Part shown: positions 44,557 to 49,903 of the stretch, piece after piece
How the letters are laid out: the number at the start of each line of letters is the position of its first letter
Numbering within the stretch: the first letter of the stretch is position 1
NCBI GenBank assembly: GCA_004431415.1
Contig: QPMI01000670.1
Location: 1 to 49,903, forward strand
Length of the DNA stretch: 49,903 bases
Direction of reading: 5' to 3'
Source of the DNA: Cyanophora paradoxa CCMP329
Lineage: Eukaryota; Plantae; Glaucophyta
The notes under the pieces: generated by a model
Told to the model about the DNA's origin: nothing
The model's input: the letters and a program-made list of their open reading frames with translations, nothing else
Database searches by the model: none
Position numbers and translations under genes: made by a program

Positions 44557-47500
44557 TCACGCGGCTGCCCTGCAGGATACGCGGCCGCTCGCGGCGCTGG
44601 CCGGTGGCGCCCGGCGGCTGCGTGCGCGTCGGGGCAGGGGAGCTCGACGACTCCTGCCGGGGCGACTCGGTGCGCTCGCGGGAAGCGGCGGCCTCGCGGC
44701 TCTGGCGGCGCCCGCGGCGGTCGCGGGAGCGCTCGCGCTTCGTCTCGCTCTGCTTCCTCGAGGGCGAGGGCGTGGCCGAGCGCTTGGGGGCAGGGCTGGG
44801 CTCGCGGGAGCCAGAGCCCGTGGTGCCCGAGGCAGAGGACGATGCCACAGGCTTCGCCTGGGCGGTCGCTGCCACGGCGTGGTCGGCCTGCTGCTGGGCG
44901 CGCAAGCTCGGGGGCAGATCCTCTGCCGTGTACCCGTTCCAGTTCTGGAGCAGCTCGGCGCGCAGCCGGTAGTGGAACGGCGTGATTGCCGCCACCGTGT
45001 CGCCGAGGCCGCTGGCCTCGGGGGGCGCAGGGAACGGCGCCGCGCCCTGCTGGGCGACAGTGTCCAGGGCGGGGGCGGGATAGCCGCTACCCGAGCGGGC
45101 AGGATGCGCTCAAGGCGGCGGACGGAAAGGAGGGGCTCGTCCTCCTGCTCGTACATGGCGAGAACAGCGCGCAGCTGCTTCGTCGCCGGCAGGCCCCAGA
45201 TCTGCAGCAGAGCGTCCGAGAGGCGCTTGCTGGCGTCCGCCGCATTGTCCAGCCAGGACGTATGCGTGGCGTTGGGGCGCGGCAGGTCTGGCATCGAGAG
45301 CCAGAACGCCGTGGTCAGCGGGAGCTGAGAGGCGATGACGAGAGCTGCGGACTCGTCAATCGACTCGCCGAGCTGGCCGCTCTTGACGTGCTGCAGGACG
45401 GCGTAAAGCTCGTCGCCGTCAGCGGAACGTGCATGGGCCCCAGCTGCTGCCTCGGCCGCGGAACGAGTGGCCGGGTCGGCGCGGTAGCAGGTGGACCACA
45501 TGAACTCGTATATGGCCGTCGGCCCCACAATGTGCATTTGGGGGTTGAATCCCGTGGCCGGCGCAGGCCGGGGCTGGTCGGGCAGCTCGTGCCCCAGCAC
45601 CCAGGCAGCCATGCTGTTCACATACCCCGCAAGCAGGGATGCGACGAACTCACGGGGCGGCAACGGGGACCACGTGGGTCCGTGCTTCTGCACGCCCGGG
45701 CAGACGACCGGGTATTTCCGGTGCCCGCGGTCCTTCGGATCGACGAGCGGGCGGGGCCGCTCGAACCCGAGCACGAACACGCGCCGAGGGAGGCGGTCGT
45801 ACTGGCGACGCGCCTCAGAGGGCGGGGCGTGCTGCATGGCCACGTGGGCGGGACCAAGCGAGCAGCGCGTGGCAGTCGTGCCGACGGGGTCGCCCATGAC
45901 ATCGACGTTGTTCACGTCGAGCTCAGTGCTCACGTGCTTCTCGCCCGTCTGGATCGGGGTTCCTGGCAGGAGGCCGCGGACCCGGGCATCGGGCTGGGCG
46001 ACGCCACGGATGCCGAAGCCCCTGCCGAAGCGGGGCTCGTGGAACACGACCAAGCGCTGCCCGCGCTTGGCGCGGTTGACCCCGATGGGCGCCTCGAACG
46101 TGTGCGGGCGAGCGAGGTACGCAAACGCCTGGCGGCACGTGTGGTGCAGGGCGGTGTTCAGCACCGAGTAGGCGCGCGTGATCGGCCCATCGAGGCGGTT
46201 TGCGGGGGTGGGCTCCGACGCGACCCACTGCATGATGGACTCGTCGAGCCCCATCATCGCCGCGACGTAGGGCAAGCCCTGAACGTCGGTGCCTTGCATG
46301 GACGTCGGTGCCGGTGGCACGGGCGGGCCATACAACATTACCGCGGCGGGGATGCCGCGGTTATGGCCCTCGACGTTTGCGATGAGCGTGGAGGCAAGGC
46401 AGTGCATGGCTGCATCAGCGTCGAGCGCGTTCGGGTGGAAACGCGTGACGACTGGGGCAGTCGCATTCACGCAGGGCGCGTCGGGCGGCCCGTTCTCGCC
46501 GAGGGTGAGCGGCACGAGCCGCGGAATAGCAGCCCACGGGTACTGCTCGGCCGTCGGATTGCGGGCCGGGCTACCGCCGAGCGGGTCGGGCAGCAGCACG
46601 CAGTACTTGTCGCAGTACCGGACGCGCTCGGGCGTGCCGTCGTACCACGTGCGGGCCCCAGCAGCAGGTGCCGCCGGCGTGGCCGTAGCAGTGGAGACCC
46701 CGGACGGTCCGGCGACAGGCGCAGCTGAGGAGCTGGCCATGGGCACGTCGCCCTCAGCGTCGCGATCGGCTTCGCTACGGCGGGCCTCGCCTTCCCAGTT
46801 GTCGAGCCACTGCACAAAGGGAAGGGAGCGAATTGGGGCGTTGCCGCCAATTCGGGCCTCGTGGATCTCGCCCAGCAGCCAATTAGCGCCTTCGACGACG
46901 GTGTCGTAGCAGCGGTAACTGGTGGCCAGCCACGAATCCGAGTCGTCCTTTGCGGCCTCGCGCTGGACGACCTCGGGAATTTCGAGGTTTGCCGGGTACG
47001 CCGGGGCGAGCGTACGGACGAGCTCCTCGCACCCCGGGTGCGAGGCGTTAACCATGTCATAGAAATAGCTAACGTCGTCCGGCAGCTTCATGCGACGTCG
47101 AGCTCATTGGGGTCGTCGGGCCAAAGATCCTCAGGATCAGGGGCCGAGCCAATACCCGAGCACTTGGTGACGGGGTGGCTGAGTTGGGCACCGCGGATTG
47201 CGAGCATCGCAATGCTCGAATCGGGGCCCTCCTGGAGGCGGTAATCGAGCTTGGCGATCGTCGCCGCAGCCTCGATCACGCAGGCGAGGGAGTGAGCCTC
47301 GGTGCGGTGAGCCAGGCGACCCAGCAGCAGGCGCTCGGGGCGCCGCAGGCCGCAGGCCCCCAGGAACCGGTCAAGGACTATGCCTTTAGGGCCCTCCTGG
47401 GCGAGTTCGCGAACGAGCAGCGTCTGCTTCGCGTCGTCGAGGCCGTTCGTGAAGAGCAGCCCATGGCGCGCTCTAGGTCACGGGGCTTGGCCGTCAAGTG

Positions 47501-47700
47501 GGCGTACCACTTTGTGAGCGGCATGAGCACCGGGCTCACGTAGCGGGGCAAGTAGGGCCCGCCCTCGCGCTCGCCCTCTTTCTCCACGTCCGTGGCAGGC
47601 ACGTGGTCATACGGCATGTAATCCAGTGCCCACGACTTCGTGGAGCACCGGGGTGGTGCCTGGGGCACGTCGCGGTCCGGAGAACCGAACGGCCCGAAAT
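44557..47700 (-). CDS. Unknown extra coding region between Gag and protease (includes the 844-aa ORF 44557-47091)
   Basis: Long complex-sequence ORF on the same strand as gag/pol; no family recognised. Confidence 0.7.
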
Positions 47701-48211
47701 AGGCGGGCTTCGAGGTGTCGCTGGCGTAGGGCGCGGAGCCCTGGCCAGGGTCGGAGCTCGGGGCGGACTCGGAGTCCGTGTCGAGCCGCTCGGCGTCGCT
47801 CTCCCCAAGCTCGGACTCCCCGGAGCCGTCCTCGCTGGCCGGGTTGGCGCAGCGGAGGTCCCGCTCGAACGCAGCCTCGCGAGTGGCATCGTCGAGGGCG
47901 CCAGCCGAGATGTCCGCCGCAGCGGCATCGAAGGCGGCCTGGTCGCGCGCCTTGGCGGCCATGGCAAGGGCGTCGGACGGCTGGCGGACCGCTGCAACGG
48001 CCGCAGCCTCGTCCGAGTCGGAATCCGTGCCCACGGGCATCACATGTACAGACAGCGACCGAATGGACGGGCCGCCCGGAGGGGCGCCGGCGTTCGGGTT
48101 GCCGCCTGCAGACGAGGAGCTGGCGCCACGCGCGCTCTCGTGCAGGGCGGCTGCTGCTGCATCACCTGCAGGTGCTGGAAGAATGCAGCCATGGCGGCCG
48201 AGTTCGGCGAG

Positions 48212-49903
48212 TCAGAGCGGGGCTCGTTCTCGGCGCGAACTTGGTTGAACCGGGGCCGCTGCCCGCGGTTCATGTCTGGCCGTAGCCCCGGCCGCGTCCG
48301 CCGCGGCCCTGTGACTCAGCGTCCGGCAGTCCCGGCGGATGTGGTCCAGAGACCCGCAGGTCCAGCAGCCCGGCTCACGGTCGTCCTGGGCGCTCTTCTC
48401 CTTGCCCTTCCCAGCGGGCGCTGGTTCGGGCCGGAGGCAGGGCGCGGGTGGCGCCGCCCCGGCTGTAGCCGCCGCCGCGGTCCGGCCGAAGCCGCCGCGG
48501 TCGTTGCGGTAGCCGCCGCGGGCGTACGGCTCCTGGCGGTGCCCGCCGCGGTGCGAGAACCCGCCGCGGGTCGGGCCGGGCTCGCTGCGCTCATCGGCGG
48601 CATCCTCCTCGCGCGCCGGCCGATCGCGGCGCCGCGCGCGCTTATCCGCAATCCCTTTCACCCACTCGGAGTATGGGATATTGGGGAAGGGGGCCGTGCC
48701 CCACACGCAGTTCCACGTAAAGTGGCAGCGGTCGAGGGCGGCATCTCCACGTGCATGCACAGGGGCATGGGACGTGGTCGTGCTCGGGTACCCCAGGCGC
48801 TCCTCGTCGGGTGCCGGCGACCCGCGACGGGCGCGCCCTGCGGAGCCTTCGTGCCCGGGGCCGCATTGACGGACTTGACGGGCACGGCTCGATGGGCTCG
48901 TCGCCGTCGTCGTCGCTGGCGGCGGCCGCTACCGGCGCCAGCTTGCGCACGCGGGCTTCTTAGCCTCCGGCGCCTCGAGTGCGGCCGTGGCCGTGGGGGC
49001 AGCACGGTGCGGCAGCCGTGCGTCTTGCACGCTGCGACGAAGATTTCGTCGAGCTGGAGCGGCGACAGGGCGCCGTCCTGTGCAAGGATGCGCTGCTGCA
49101 GCGCGGCGAGGAACGCGCGCAGAGTGCGCTCGTTCGCCTGGGCGAACCCGGCCATCCGAACATCGAGGTTCTGATATTCCGGGTCCTCGCTCGTCGAGCG
49201 GGCCTCGAGCGCAGTGCGCAGACACTCCGCATAGTACACGGCGAGGCGCTGGCCCTGGGCAGCGTGTGCTGCACTAGGGGCATGAACCAGTCATGCCATG
49301 AGCGCGGGTCCTCGCCCGTGTAGGCTCAGTGAGAGCCCGGCGGGCGCGTGCGGGCGCGTCTCATGAATCCATGCCGTGATCGTCGCGAGGAGCCCGGGGC
49401 ACGCAAGTACGAGTCACGCACGGCCACGATAGTGGCATGATCGCGCGCGCAGCTCTGCTGCAGCGCCAAGATTGCAGCCTCATCCTCGGCAGTCCGCAGA
49501 TCAGCCGGACAAGTTCGAGACGAGCGAGCAGGCGCGGTCACGCTCCAGGCCGCAATAGAGGCCTCATAGAGGTCGCGCTTACGCTCAATCTCGGCGCGGA
49601 GGGCGCGGGCGGATGCGCCCGACGATCACTCCGGCAAGCGCCTCAGACTTAGTATACTCCTGGCCGCCGGCAGTGTCCGGGCAAAGAGATACTTCGTCGG
49701 CTGAGCCGACTGGAAGTTCCGGACATCTTCCGGAACCGGTCACCGTCGGCGAGGCGCGGCTTCGCGGGAGGAAGGCGATCCGCGGGATCATCCTCCGCCG
49801 CAGCGGCGGTGCCAGCGAGCTGCACAGCAAGTTCGGCCTTCGCAGGCTCAACGTGCGCAAGTGCGGACAGCTGGCTACGGACTTCAGAACTGATCAGTTC
49901 AGA
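48212..49903 (-). CDS. gag: Gag (partial, frameshifted) with an RGG-rich tract and a CCHC zinc knuckle
   Basis: CWTCGSLDHIRRDC (48326-48367) preceded by RGGFSHRGGH...RGGYRNDRGGF; upstream helical segments such as YYAECLRTALEARSTSEDPEY. Confidence 0.75.

Larger units (their letters stand above)
36136..49903 (-). mobile_element. Giant Ty3/Gypsy LTR retrotransposon; 5' LTR lies outside the window
   Basis: Order Gag(CCHC)-PR-RT-RH-IN, followed by a polypurine tract and a TG...CA-bounded 3' LTR. Confidence 0.92.

Noticed and set aside
45760-46360. Active DNA cytosine methyltransferase in the retrotransposon
   Set aside because: The required FxGxG, PC and ENV motifs are missing; the resemblance is superficial and kept only as speculation.

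Overview
Eukaryotic, very GC-rich nuclear DNA with many short introns (mostly 50-110 nt). The six-frame ORF track is largely noise, so genes were assembled by hand from splice sites. Positions 1-28.5 kb hold a compact gene cluster in alternating orientation: DCAF1/VprBP-like (-, truncated), PMCA-type Ca2+-ATPase (+), TAF6 (-), a small LRR protein (+), CSN1/GPS1 (-), mRNA cap N7-methyltransferase (+), a PPC-like domain protein (-), an EF-hand-like protein (+) and an atypical bZIP factor (+). About 40% of traced introns have GC donors, with a non-standard GY(C/G)CGC consensus. At 11.2-14.1 kb a Helentron/Helitron2-like element carries a spliced zinc-finger cargo gene. At 30.1-35.7 kb a 2.8-kb unit is duplicated in tandem, with a 12-bp minisatellite and clustered GCGATCGC palindromes. 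From 36.1 kb to the end lies a giant (>13.7 kb) Ty3/Gypsy LTR retrotransposon on the minus strand, with about 5 kb of unexplained coding sequence between the Gag zinc knuckle and the protease. The style suggests a GC-rich alga or protist (possibly a glaucophyte such as Cyanophora), but that is inference only.
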